From Eremomyces bilateralis CBS 781.70 (lineage: Eukaryota): DNA of 64,000 nt. Where the stretch lies: NCBI GenBank assembly GCA_010015585.1, contig ML975162.1; one strand, 5' to 3'. A program made the translations under genes and the position numbers. A model generated the notes under the pieces. That model did no database searches. It had not been told where the DNA came from and saw nothing but the letters and a program-made list of their open reading frames with translations. Positions 1-11,038 of this stretch are shown here, in pieces; the first letter of the stretch is position 1, and every line of letters begins with the position of its first letter.

Positions 1-510
1 ACGTTATCTTTGACCCCGAAGCTCTCATCCCCCCCCGCCCTACCATCTCCAACCTCCAATGGATCTCCGGAACCCAACACGTCACCCCCTCCGACATCGA
101 CATCCTCAGTACGTCTCCCCTCCTGTTATTCCCCACCCACTAACCCCCTCAGTCGGCGGCCCCGACCGGCCCCCATCTCGACGCATGGTCGCCCAAGCGC
201 GGGCCGACCAAGAAGCCGCACGCTCCGCGACGCGCAACCGGGCCGCCGCGGCCACGCTCCCGACGAACCAGAACGACGAGGGCTACTGGGAGTATATGCA
301 GCGGCAGATCAACGAGCGGACGGAGAAGTTGGGGATCGTGGGGGATAGCGTGAATCGGCTGGAGGAGACGAGCGCGGGGTGGGCGGATGATGTGAGTAAG
401 TATGTGCAGCGGCAGAAGCGGAATATGGTGATGGGCGGTGAGTATATTCCTTGATAAGATGGATTGAAGGTTACTGATAAGATATAGCGGTGAAATCGAA
501 GTTCGGTTGA
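1..510 (+). CDS. SRO7: Lgl/tomosyn-family SNARE-dependent exocytosis protein, 3' end only (exons <1-108, 153-437, 488-510)
   Basis: Spliced translation ...PPRPTISNLQWISGTQHVTPSDIDILIGGPDRPPSRRM...YWEYMQRQINERTEKLGIVGDSVNRLEETSAGWADDVSKYVQRQKRNMVMGAVKSKFG* resembles the C-terminus of filamentous-fungal Sro7. GT..AG introns at 109-152 and 438-487. Confidence 0.85.
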
Positions 511-967
511 GGTGAGGTTGGATGACGGTCACGGCCAGTCTAAAGTTTATGAGATGGAAAAGGATCGTTAGGATTCGGCGGGCATATTTTGATGGCCTAT
601 ATGTTACACTTATGACAGCTCTATGGACGCTTCATTTCTCAATTGGCCACAGTATTCTGGCGCACCCAGTCGGTCTGTCCTACAGGCCAAATCCCCGTTT
701 TGAAGACTCCTGATGGTTGCAGTGCGTTCCACTAAACCTATATCTTGTTCCCCAACAGATTAAGCCAAGGAGATCCGATACGGTACATACTACACGGCAG
801 GTCTGTTGGAAGGTCTATGAACAGTAACTGATTCTCTGGCCATGAGGACGAGGGATTCTCGATGATAAGGGATTTAACCCTTCTTTTGAGAGCGAGATAC
901 GCTAATTGTGTGATGGGTTTGCCCCCAAGGAGAGAAAGTATTCCGCATTTTGAAAATTCGAATAAGG

Positions 968-995
968 GGTAGACTCTAAGAGGTAGACTCTAAGA
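968..995. repeat. Tandem duplication of the 14-mer GGTAGACTCTAAGA
   Basis: Two adjacent exact copies at 968-981 and 982-995. Confidence 0.9.
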
Positions 996-1880
996 GGAAG
1001 CTGGATATGGGTATATAGTGAGGACAAGTCTTGAGGCAGGGAAGCAGAGTGAAAGGGATCCAGTGGTTGTAAGATGATACTCTAACCCTATAGTTAACTA
1101 CCGAAGTCCGTCGTTAGTACTCGTTACCCATCACTAGCAATGGTGACGTACTATCATTCCAGGTTTCATGGCACATCATCCACCGACCTATTATTAATTT
1201 TCTTACCGTAGATATGACCCCTGCCGTACTTCCAGACCATCCATCCGCCTTCCCCCAGTTACAAGCAAATCAAACATGATGGCTTCCCCTGCCATGGAGA
1301 AGCATCCCTTGTGACACGCGAATGCGGAGAATGCGGAGAGAGGCACAATTGCGGATCGATGATTGCTCGGAACCCCTTCCCCAGAGTCTGTCTGATCTGG
1401 ATTTTATCGGCTTATCAGGTGCTATCAGATCGGTAATTGGCGGCCGGAGGGACCAGATTCCAGGAGGTTTCAAAGGGGTGACAATCACTTGACATCAGCA
1501 TTTGCAATTGAACCGACGCTAGCCACCAGCGAATCCGCGCATCGCTCGCACCGCCATCGATAAACAACGGAACCGATGCGAATCTCCGAACGGATTCACC
1601 GCAGGGAGCGGAATGGTGTCCACCTGTACATCATTGCGTAGGGCGCGGTGTTTTTGGTCCGGCCCAACGGTAGTGCCTGGTCTGGCACCAAATGGGGAAT
1701 GTCGTTAAAATGATCAAACCCCCATTCCTTTATAGAAATTCCATCCATTCCGTGCCACCCTTTCATTCAGATATCTCGATCCATTGGATGATTGCGTGCA
1801 AAATCCGATTCACAGACCAAATCACCGATTATCTATTATTTGAATAATCCAATTGATTACTCAGCTCACTGCCACACGTC

Positions 1881-3770
1881 ATGGCTCCCCCGCCATCAGC
1901 CATCTCCATGGAGGGGTTGGACGACACCACCGCCGCCCCATTCCCCAACCCGTTGACGCTGCCATTGGAGGTCAACGACATTTTTGGGCGCCGGAATAAG
2001 GCCGATAAGAAGCAATGGGGCGTCGCCGCGCCGTCGGTGACCAGCTCCTTCAAGATCGGGTCGCCGCGGACGGATCGACCGAAAGCGAAGCGATGGGATG
2101 GTGAGTTCATTATTATTGTAGCGTTCTTGGATGCATTTGTATATTTTATCACACTAGGGATCCTGGTCGCACATCATATCTGAAGCTGCATGGCAATATG
2201 ATGCACGACGGCCAAGGCATCTAGTCGCATCCGCCAAATATTCCCGACCAACTTCGTAGTCAATTCAGCTGACCCGCCCAACCCAGACCACTTCACCGAC
2301 GAGACCCTCCTCCGCAAAGGCTCCTCCCTCAAACAAGCCGCCAAACACCTCAGCAAGCCCGGCATCATCTCCCTCGGCGGCGGCCTCCCCTCCTCCGAAT
2401 ACTTTCCCTTCGCCACCCTCACCTCCCTCGTCCCCACGCCCCCCCACTTCGCCGAGAGCGACACTACCCCGTCCACCGGCACGGAGCTCCGTTCCGGAAA
2501 GCATGACCTCGCCACCGAGCGCTCCATCTTCGACCTGTCGACCGCCCTGAACTACGGGCAGGGCTCCGGCGCCGCGCAGCTGCTGCGATGGATTGTCGAG
2601 CATACGCAGCTCGTGCACGATCCGCCGTATCGGGATTGGGCGTGCACGATGAGCATTGGGAGCACGAGCGCGCTGGATATGACTTTGCGGATGTTCACGA
2701 CGAAGGGGGAGAAGATCCTGAGTGAGGATTATACATTCGCGAGCGCCGTGCAGACGGCCGAGCCGATGGGAGTGGGCGTTGTGGGCGTCAAGATGGATGC
2801 GGAGGGGCTGTTGCCGGGACACATGGCGGAGATCTTGGGCGGGTGGGATGCGGTGAAGATGGGGGCGCCGAGGCCGCGGGTGCTGTATACGGTGCCGACG
2901 GGGCAGAATCCCACGGGGGCGACGATGGGGAAGCAGCGGCGGCAGGATGTGTACGCCGTCGCGCGCCAATACGATGTCATCATCCTGGAAGACGAACCGT
3001 ACTACTTCCTGCAAATGCAGCCGTACGTGGCGAAAACGGCGGGCGCGGAATCACAAGAGCCACCGCCGCCACGCACGCACCGCGAGTTCCTGGACGCGCT
3101 GGTGCCCAGCTTCCTGAGCATGGACGTCGATGGGCGGGTGATCCGCATGGACTCCTTCTCGAAGGTGATCGCGCCGGGATCCCGGGTGGGGTGGATCACC
3201 GCGTCGGATCAGATCGTGGAAAGATACCGGAAGCACGCGGATGTGTCGACGCAGGGGCCGAGCGGGTTCTCGCAGATAATTCTATTTAAGTTGCTGGAGG
3301 AGCATTGGGGCCACAGCGGGTATCTCGACTGGTTGCTGTTCATCCGCATGGAGTACACGAGTCGGCGGGAGGTGATCCTCGATGCATCGGAGAAGTTCTT
3401 GCCGAAGGAGGTGGTTAGCTGGGTGGCGCCGTCGGCCGGCATGTTTGTAAGTTCCCATCACCCCCTCACGATATGTTCGTTTATACTAACCCTCTCCTAG
3501 TTCTGGATGAAGATGGACTGGCGCAAGCACCCGCAAGCAGGCACCCAGTCCCTCCTCGAGCTCGAAGATGAGATCTACAACACCTCCATCGAGGAAGGCA
3601 GCCTGGTCATGAAAGGCAGCTGGTTCTACGCCGACCCCTCCGCCAAGCACGATACATTGTTCTTCCGCGCCACCTACGCCGCCGCGCCGTCCGATAAGAT
3701 TCAGGAGGCGATCCGCCGGTTCGGCGTGGCGGTGAAGAAGAGCTTCGGGTTGGTGGCTAACGGGGTGTGA
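1881..3770 (+). CDS. ARO8: Aromatic amino acid / 2-aminoadipate aminotransferase, PLP class I/II (exons 1881-2100, 2287-3446, 3501-3770)
   Basis: Motifs IISLGGGLPSSEYFPF, LYTVPTGQNPTG, ILEDEPYYFLQM and RMDSFSKVIAPGSRVGW (PLP lysine). Canonical introns at 2101-2286 and 3447-3500 keep the frame. Confidence 0.93.
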
Positions 3771-4056
3771 GACGTCGGTACGGAAGATCTCGCGCACCTT
3801 TTGGAGTCCCACGATCGGAGTGGAGATGTTATAGATTTTGGCATATCGGCCGTTCCCTTGGTTTAAAACGGTGTAATACGGGCGATCAGCATCATCAAAA
3901 CGTTTCGCGTATTGTCGGGCTCCTTTCGAAGCATCGCATGGTGGACTTTTGTGGTCTCTAGAATAGAACAAGTACCATTTTCCATAATCATACAATGAAA
4001 ATCAACTCGAACGCCCGAGAGATAGCTCTTTTTGGATCCCGTGTAAAAATGCACGC

Positions 4057-4636
4057 TCAGTTGATGAAGTTGACGCAGAAGAAGTGCAGCAGCAAACTCC
4101 CAAAGATGTAGTCCGCAAACGCCCTGTTTGATATTTCTCGTTAGTCGACTGCCACTGCCGAAATCCAGGGCATATGGAAGCGAATACCTTTCGTTCGAAA
4201 TGTTCTTGAACTCCCCCTCGTTCTCCACGTTCGTCTGGATCCGCAAACTCGCCGTGAGCACAAACTGCCCGACCGTCGCGCCGAAGCCCGACAAGAAAGC
4301 GTTGAATGGCTATACTCAAGTCAGTACTCATCCTCTTGTTCACTGGGCACCCTATATCCCCAACAACATGCCATTGAGGGTATCGGTAGACAGGGGGACA
4401 CGTACATAGTTTCCAGCCACCACGCAATACGCAAACTGCACCGCACCCACGACCATCAGGAACGCCATGAACGTGTCGATCAGCTTCGTGCGCTGCGGGG
4501 TTTTCGCGACGTAGTTATTCCAGACGCCATGAATGATATGCTGCGGGTTGGAGGCGGTTTTCGTGCGGGAGGGGGTGGGTTGGGAGGACGGGGTGGAGGG
4601 CGTGGAGGCGGCGGGGGCGCGGTTGCGGGGGGCCAT
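4057..4636 (-). CDS. OST2: Oligosaccharyltransferase subunit OST2/DAD1 (exons 4636-4406, 4309-4188, 4123-4057)
   Basis: Spliced translation [57 protein letters not shown]...[26 protein letters not shown] carries the DAD family signature. Confidence 0.96.
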
Positions 4637-4959
4637 TTTGAGGGAGGGTGGGGGTTGAGGGTTTGGGAAGGGGGGAGTAGTTAAGCGGAAGAAGATGGTG
4701 AGGTGGTGTAGTTCTGGGTGGGAGATATATCGATATATCGTAGAATCTTGAATGATTTGGACTTTGGGAGACGTCAAAGGTGTCCGAATGCAGCACAGGG
4801 ATCCCCCCTGCAACAGCTGCTTATTCCATCCATCAACCTCCGTCATCACCACCATCACAACCACAGCTGCGTGAAACATCACCATTGACCCATTGACTTC
4901 CCTCCCACGCTCCATATTCCCGTTCTACAAATCCTACATCACATCTCACTTCAATCACC

Positions 4960-5402
4960 ATGGTAAGCTCCCTCCCACCCCTCCCACCACCAACCAGACC
5001 CTAACCCTCCCAGTCCCTCGACAATATCGCTCTTGTCCTCGGTGGCCTCACCGCAGGCGGCGGCATCATCGGCTACGCCCGCACCGGCTCCATCCCCTCC
5101 GTCGCCGCCGGCGTGACGGTTGGCGCATTGGTACGTGCTCCCCCTCCTCCGTCACCGACCAGATGGAATAGCATGCCCTCGCGACACCAGCTAACCCACT
5201 CCAGTACGCCCTCTCGGGCCTCCGCCTCCGCAACCGCGCCCCCTACGGCGTCGAGATCGGTCTGCTGGCATCGGTCGTGTTAGCGGGCGCGAGCTTGCCG
5301 CGGGCGATTCGGACGGGGAAGCCGGTGCCGATTGGGTTGTCGGTTTTGGCGACCTATGGTCTGTATAGTTTTGGGATGGCATTTAGTGGGCGGGTGCGTT
5401 GA
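4960..5402 (+). CDS. TMEM14/UPF0136-family small membrane protein (exons 4960-4962, 5014-5130, 5205-5402); absent from the ORF track
   Basis: ATG is followed directly by an intron. Spliced product MSLDNIALVLGGLTAGGGIIGYARTGSIPSVAAGVTVGALYALSG...YGVEIGLLASVVLAGASLPRAIRTGKPVPIGLSVLATYGL has the GG.IGY.+TGS.PS pattern of TMEM14. Confidence 0.88.
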
Positions 5403-5783
5403 AGGGGGCTGGTCGGGGTTTGGGGAGTTGATCGGAGGAGCAAAAGGGGCGAGGGGGAATATTTGCTTTGGATATAGTTATAGTAGTATCCATGCTATGG
5501 TAGCTACAGTACTGGGTAGTCGTCCTGCGGATCGAACCGATCCGACCAGAACTCATACAGTGCCTAATATAATGGAGTTTCCTCTCCACACCAGATATTC
5601 CGTCCAGATAAACACGCTGGACAGAGCACATGAACGTTCAAGACGTACAAGTCGTCTTGCGCCAACCATACCCCCTCAATCGATCTCGAAACACGCTGAA
5701 AACACCGAAACATGGAGTCATCCGACTCCCTCATCCCGTCCAACTCAAAGAGGATGAACTTCCCACAATCCATCCGACAGCCC

Positions 5784-8700
5784 TCAAGCCGCCGACATAT
5801 CCAACCCCGCCTTCTTCAACCCATCCAACAATCCCTCCTTCAAACCCCCCTCCCTCCCTAACCCCAACTCCTCCGCTAACAACCCCTCCACCATCTCCGC
5901 CCCCTTCTTCTCCACCTCCTCCCCGCCCCGATCCTTCTCCCCATCCCCCTCCAATCCCGCCACCCGATCATCCAACGCCAACTTACTACTCCCCAACCCC
6001 AAGATCTTCTCCTCGATCGTGCCCCGGCTCACCAGCCGAATCACCTCCACCTCCCGCGTCTGCCCCACCCGGTGCGCCCGGTTCTCCGCCTGCACATCTT
6101 CTTGTGGATTGAACGACATGTCGAAGATGATGACCTTGTTCGCCGCCGCGAGGTTGATCCCCGTACCACCGGCTTTCGTGGAGAGCATGAATACTTTGAG
6201 GGACGTGTCGGCGGTGAACTCGTCGATCAGCGACTGGCGATCCGAGATGGCGGTGCCGCCGTCGATTCGGCAGTATGGCAGGTCGAGGTGGTCGAGCACC
6301 CGCTCGAGGATGTCCATCATCATCGTGTACTGGGAGAATAGCAGGGTGCGGTCGCCGTTGGCGTCGAAGGTGCGGAGGAGGTCGCAGAGCACTGCGACCT
6401 TGCCGGAGTCTAGCCATTCGTCGTTTTGCAGCATGTATTTCCCGAGGTGCGTCGGATGTTGCTCGCACAGATGGTTCAGGTTGAAGTCGCTGTAGATCTC
6501 CATGTCCTCGTAGACGTAGTCGACCCTGGAGTCGCGGAACGGCTCTTCTTTCACGGCGTCACGGGACATACGGTGAATCGTGCGGTCGTCATAAATCCGA
6601 CGGAAGAGGAGCGGATGGATCGACGCCTTCCGTAATTCCGACATCAAGGCGATGTTGTCAGCTTTCTCACCGCGTTGTCGCGCAAGGATGGCTTGTCGTT
6701 CCTTCTCGAGGATCTCGTCATAGATTACACGCTGGCGGTCCGAAAGGTCACAGTAAACCACCCGGCCCGTCTTCTTCGGCATATCTTTGAGAACCTGCTG
6801 CTTCTTGCGTCGAAGGATGAACGGAGCCATCATGGAGCGCGCGCGGATGATGCGCTGGGTGGACAACAATCCCTTGTGGTCTGTGTCGTTCGTCTTTGCT
6901 TTGTATTTGAAAATCGAATCCAGCGCGTCCTTGTGCCGGGAGAATACCTCCGGCATCATAAAGGAAAGGATCGAAGCGAGTTCCGCCAGGTTATTCTGGA
7001 GCGGGGTGCCCGTCAGCAAAAGCCGACACTCGGCTTCGACCGCGATTCGCATGAGCGATGTGTGGCGTTGTGTGCGCTGGTTCTTCAGATAATGGCCTTC
7101 ATCGAACACGGCGACGTTGATCTCCAGCTTGCGGAGGAAGGAATTGTCGGGGACTTTCCAAGCAATATCGTAGGTCGTGATGATGACGTCGATCGACTTG
7201 ATATTGTGTCGGATGTTTTCACGCAGCTCGGGACGCTCGTATTGGCCCCCGTAGTATGGCTCGACACGGAGTTGAGGAGAGAAGTTCCGGAACTCGCGGA
7301 GCCAATTCTCAAGCGTGGAGCCAGGAACAACGACTATACTTACTCCTCGGGTTTGAATCTGGCGAAGGTGGGTCAAGAAGGCGATGACCTGGCACGTCTT
7401 TCCCAGACCCATCTCATCGGCCAGGATTCCAGAGAGGTTCTCCCGCCACAACAAGTTCAACCAGTTCAAGCCGACGACCTGGTAGTCCTTCAGCTTCACA
7501 TCCCGAGACATGATCGAAGGCTGGGTGATCCAGCCATGCCGCTCCCTTACGCCCCTCCTCTTTTGCGGAACAATCTCATCGTCCTGGGACACATCGGGCG
7601 AGGGCGTGCCAACACCTGAATCACGCGGCGAGTTGCTCCCGATGAAAGACATCTCTCCCAGCTGCTTCGCACCCGCAGCATCGAACCCCCAGCGTATCAT
7701 TTGCTCCTGCATCGGGTTTCCTAGCTTTTGGCACTCCGCCGCGAGCTTGTCCACGGCTTGGTACGATTCCAAGATCTCCAAGCACGACTCGACCAACCGA
7801 TCGCCAATCTGTTTCTTGGTTGTCCGTTGACGTCCGTTCTTTCCGGTTGTAACGGACTCGATGACAATGCCGCGAACGGCGGTGATGGATTTGAATGGTC
7901 GGCGAGAAAGAACCTCGTCAATGACTTCATCGTTCTGGTTGGAGACATCACGGAGATCGTCCTTGCTGCACTTGTTTATGTACTTGAGGAGATAGGCATT
8001 CAGTTGAGCAACGGTTTTTGCGGTCTTGAAGTCATCGTATTCAGACTTTTCAACGACATCGTCATCATCAGAGTCGATCTCAACCACCTCTTTAGGAGTG
8101 CTGTCTGCATCAGCGGACTGGGATCGTTGCCGAACGCCTTGCACGAGTCTCCGTCGAGGCTTCTTCGCGTCCGAATCTGCTTCCGCAGGACGTTGAGTTG
8201 ATGCCCATTTCTCCTGAATAGTCTTCTTATTCGTCAACTGCCTCTTCGCGGTGGTCCTAGGCGCCTTCACTTGCGACCGATCCAGAATCACCGGTTGATC
8301 GTCGCTTTCACTCTCATCACTCTTAGTTAAGTCGCTAAACCAATCAAAGGTTCGCTCAAAGTTACCACGATTAAGCATGAGTTGGCTTTTCAGGTCCATA
8401 ATCCTCACCGAAGGGAACAACCCATGGAGTCGCTGCACCTTGCCTCGAACTTCTCGGTCGTGAATGTCGTCTAGTGTCAAGTCTCCGCCGACGGGCATCG
8501 CTCGTGCCGGTCCGCTTTGCTTCAACTTTTTGGTCGGACGAGCATCCGTCATGGAGTCGTCCAACCGCTTCTGGGGATTTGAAGCCATCGGCCGGTTCGG
8601 ATCGTAGGCGAAGTGGGATAAGCTGAGCGTCGAAGTAGCAGAGCCCGATGAATGTCCTTGCACAAGCTGCTTTTTGCCGTTGGTGAAAATGGACTGCGGG

Positions 8701-9257
8701 ATATTTGACCGGGTGATGCTCAGTTCGTCTTCCGAGGTGTCGATGTTCACTTTCCGCTTGGGTTTCACGGGTAGTGCTTGAGAAAGTTCGTCCTCGTCGT
8801 CGCTCAGTTGCTGAGTGTATCTGTAAGGTGCCCGAAATTGAGTTCCCGGCGGTGCCATAAGCGAAGCAAACGTGCTCGGTTTGGGAGGATTCCGCGGAAC
8901 GAATTTATTGGATCCCGGTGCTGCTGGTGCTCGCTCTTGTGCTGGCCGTTGTGGTAAGGGACTATCTGGAACGAAGGTCGCTTGAGTGGGTGAGGAGTCG
9001 GGGACACGGTCGAGGTGGCGGACGGGTGTCGAGCTTGGTGAAGACACGACAGGACGTCTCCGGATGGGTTGTGTAGGTTGAGTTACGTGTGGCCCTGGAG
9101 GGGTGTTCGACCGTCGAGTGTCGGAGCGAGGGACGAGGAGGTCGACGGAGGAGAGGGGTAGGGTAGCGATGGACTCGTAGTCCAGGCGGCGGTCATGAGG
9201 AGTGGTGGGGTTTTGAGGAGGAGGGGAGGAGGAAAGGATCGGGTCGGAGCGAGGCAT
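5784..9257 (-). CDS. FUN30: SNF2-family chromatin remodeller, Fun30/SMARCAD1 type, 1157 aa, intronless
   Basis: LKDYQVVGLNWL, ILADEMGLGKTCQVIAFL (Walker A), DEGH box, LLLTGTPLQNNL, helicase C-terminal QAENRAHRVGQ, and a CUE-like segment (LHGLFPSV...LMLNRGNFERT). Confidence 0.92.
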   Translation of the reverse strand: MPRSDPILSSSPPPQNPTTPHDRRLDYESIATLPLSSVDLLVPRSDTRRSNTPPGPHVTQPTQPIRRRPVVSSPSSTPVRHLDRVPDSSPTQATFVPDSPLPQRPAQERAPAAPGSNKFVPRNPPKPSTFASLMAPPGTQFRAPYRYTQQLSDDEDELSQALPVKPKRKVNIDTSEDELSITRSNIPQSIFTNGKKQLVQGHSSGSATSTLSLSHFAYDPNRPMASNPQKRLDDSMTDARPTKKLKQSGPARAMPVGGDLTLDDIHDREVRGKVQRLHGLFPSVRIMDLKSQLMLNRGNFERTFDWFSDLTKSDESESDDQPVILDRSQVKAPRTTAKRQLTNKKTIQEKWASTQRPAEADSDAKKPRRRLVQGVRQRSQSADADSTPKEVVEIDSDDDDVVEKSEYDDFKTAKTVAQLNAYLLKYINKCSKDDLRDVSNQNDEVIDEVLSRRPFKSITAVRGIVIESVTTGKNGRQRTTKKQIGDRLVESCLEILESYQAVDKLAAECQKLGNPMQEQMIRWGFDAAGAKQLGEMSFIGSNSPRDSGVGTPSPDVSQDDEIVPQKRRGVRERHGWITQPSIMSRDVKLKDYQVVGLNWLNLLWRENLSGILADEMGLGKTCQVIAFLTHLRQIQTRGVSIVVVPGSTLENWLREFRNFSPQLRVEPYYGGQYERPELRENIRHNIKSIDVIITTYDIAWKVPDNSFLRKLEINVAVFDEGHYLKNQRTQRHTSLMRIAVEAECRLLLTGTPLQNNLAELASILSFMMPEVFSRHKDALDSIFKYKAKTNDTDHKGLLSTQRIIRARSMMAPFILRRKKQQVLKDMPKKTGRVVYCDLSDRQRVIYDEILEKERQAILARQRGEKADNIALMSELRKASIHPLLFRRIYDDRTIHRMSRDAVKEEPFRDSRVDYVYEDMEIYSDFNLNHLCEQHPTHLGKYMLQNDEWLDSGKVAVLCDLLRTFDANGDRTLLFSQYTMMMDILERVLDHLDLPYCRIDGGTAISDRQSLIDEFTADTSLKVFMLSTKAGGTGINLAAANKVIIFDMSFNPQEDVQAENRAHRVGQTREVEVIRLVSRGTIEEKILGLGSSKLALDDRVAGLEGDGEKDRGGEEVEKKGAEMVEGLLAEELGLGREGGLKEGLLDGLKKAGLDMSAA

Positions 9258-9561
9258 TGTGAAGGTGATAGAGGAGAGGAACGGAATTGTTTCGATAAGG
9301 AGTCCTAAAGTGACATCAAAATCCCAATACCGGTAAGCAAGTCAACTCCAGGGGCATGCAATGCGGATTCTATTCTATGACTTCAGATGAAAACAGTAAT
9401 GACGGCGACTGCAAATATTGTGGCAAGTTCTATTCGAACACCAATAACACTAAGCGCTTCCAAATGACAAGCAACTTTTGCAGATAAACAGGTGGATGAT
9501 TGCATCCCAAGTGACAGGTTAAAAGAATCTCCTCCAGCGGCGTCAAATCCTTGTCATGAAA

Positions 9562-9579
9562 ACGCGATATACGACGCGT
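9562..9579. promoter_or_regulatory. MCB-like elements (ACGCGA, ACGCGT) in the divergent FUN30/VMA21 promoter
   Basis: ACGCGA at 9562-9567 and ACGCGT at 9574-9579, about 310 bp upstream of the FUN30 ATG. ACGCGT is the fungal MBF G1/S element. Confidence 0.45.
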
Positions 9580-9904
9580 GATCACGAGATCAAACTCGAT
9601 ATTGACACATCAGGCTCAATGAACAGCTATACCTGAATTTGAATTTGAATGTAATATCTGCTACCCTTCTTCCAGCTGATTCTAAACATCGAGTCTTATA
9701 ATACCGTGCAATACAAGTGAAGAATCATTTGTTGCGTGCTTGCTACCTTAGGCCATCCCCAGCCCATCACGACTCACGAAAAGCATCCTCTCAAGAACCC
9801 CTTCATTCTGCAAATATCCATCCATCCCAACCCATCTAAGAGTCCTTGATATAGGAACCAACACCTTCTTTTACTATCAACTTCCCCCCATCTAATCCCT
9901 CACC

Positions 9905-10387
9905 ATGGCCACCCGCCGCGCCGTCTCCTCCACCCCCATGGACGTCCCCCCTCCCAACTCGGACGAGAAATCCAACACCACCCCTGCCGTCCCTACGTAA
10001 GCCACCATCCCTATGCATATCGGAGAAATCTTACTAACCGAACCCTCCAGCCCTGTCATCCTCAAGCTCCTGGGCTTCACATTCGCCATGATCACCCTTC
10101 CGATCGGCACCTACTTCGCCAGCGTCAATACAATTTTCGGAGGTACGTCTCCCCATTTATCCCTGCCCCTGGTCTATTCAAGAGCGGTGTTGTTGTTCTT
10201 GAGGGAGGAGCGGTCGACTATGCGAGCGAGCGGTTGACTAACTAAATCGACAGGTAATGCGACGTTCGCTGGCGCAACCGCCGCGATCATGGCGAACGTG
10301 GTGCTGATCGGGTATATCATCGTTGCCATGCGGGAAGATCAGTCGGATCAATTAGAGAAGGCGAGAGAGGAGAAGAAGAAGGAGTGA
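9905..10387 (+). CDS. VMA21: V-ATPase assembly factor Vma21 (exons 9905-9996, 10051-10142, 10254-10387)
   Basis: PAVPTPVILKLLGFTFAMITLPIGTYF...GNATFAGATAAIMANVVLIGYIIVAMREDQ...EEKKKE*. Two TM helices and a C-terminal KKXX ER-retrieval signal. Confidence 0.93.
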
Positions 10388-11038
10388 AAATATATGTCAT
10401 TTGGTTGGGCGTTTGGGTGTCTACGGGTATGTAAGGTAGTTTTGATATGGCTTTTCTTGCACGTTGATAGATGGATTTCTTGACCAACGGAACGGTGGGA
10501 TGACGTGGACGGGAATTTGTAGAAATATATGTATGCAGATGGGCGATAGCACGGAGCCTCACGAGATCCAGAGCACGCAAGTGACGCTGCGGAAAGTGCT
10601 CGAGATTGAATAGCCACCCGCTCGTCACAGGCAAGGCAGTCCTCCGCCTCGCTAATACACATTTCCACGGACTCGCAAACTCCATGAAAGATATTCTCCG
10701 GAACGCACACCCAGAATTAGCACTTCCCATCGCCGATTCCCAAAGGTCGCCAAAGAGACACAGAACCCCCATCCATTCCATATCCCACAATATTCATGCA
10801 GCGGCCACGTCATTAGTTCTCCCAGAGAAGACCGGAGTATCACATTGACCACATCGCCGTCATTAGAATTAAGAACCAGATCCCCCCATCGAGTCCCATG
10901 GCGCCGCTTTTCCCTCGCCTCGGACCAACAAGAAGTGCAGGATTCAGATTCATATCATATATCCCCACCGCCCCACCTGCACCCTCCATAGAATGCGTTT
11001 ACATAAGAAAGATTCGGAATCCCCACGGCGGAATGAAC

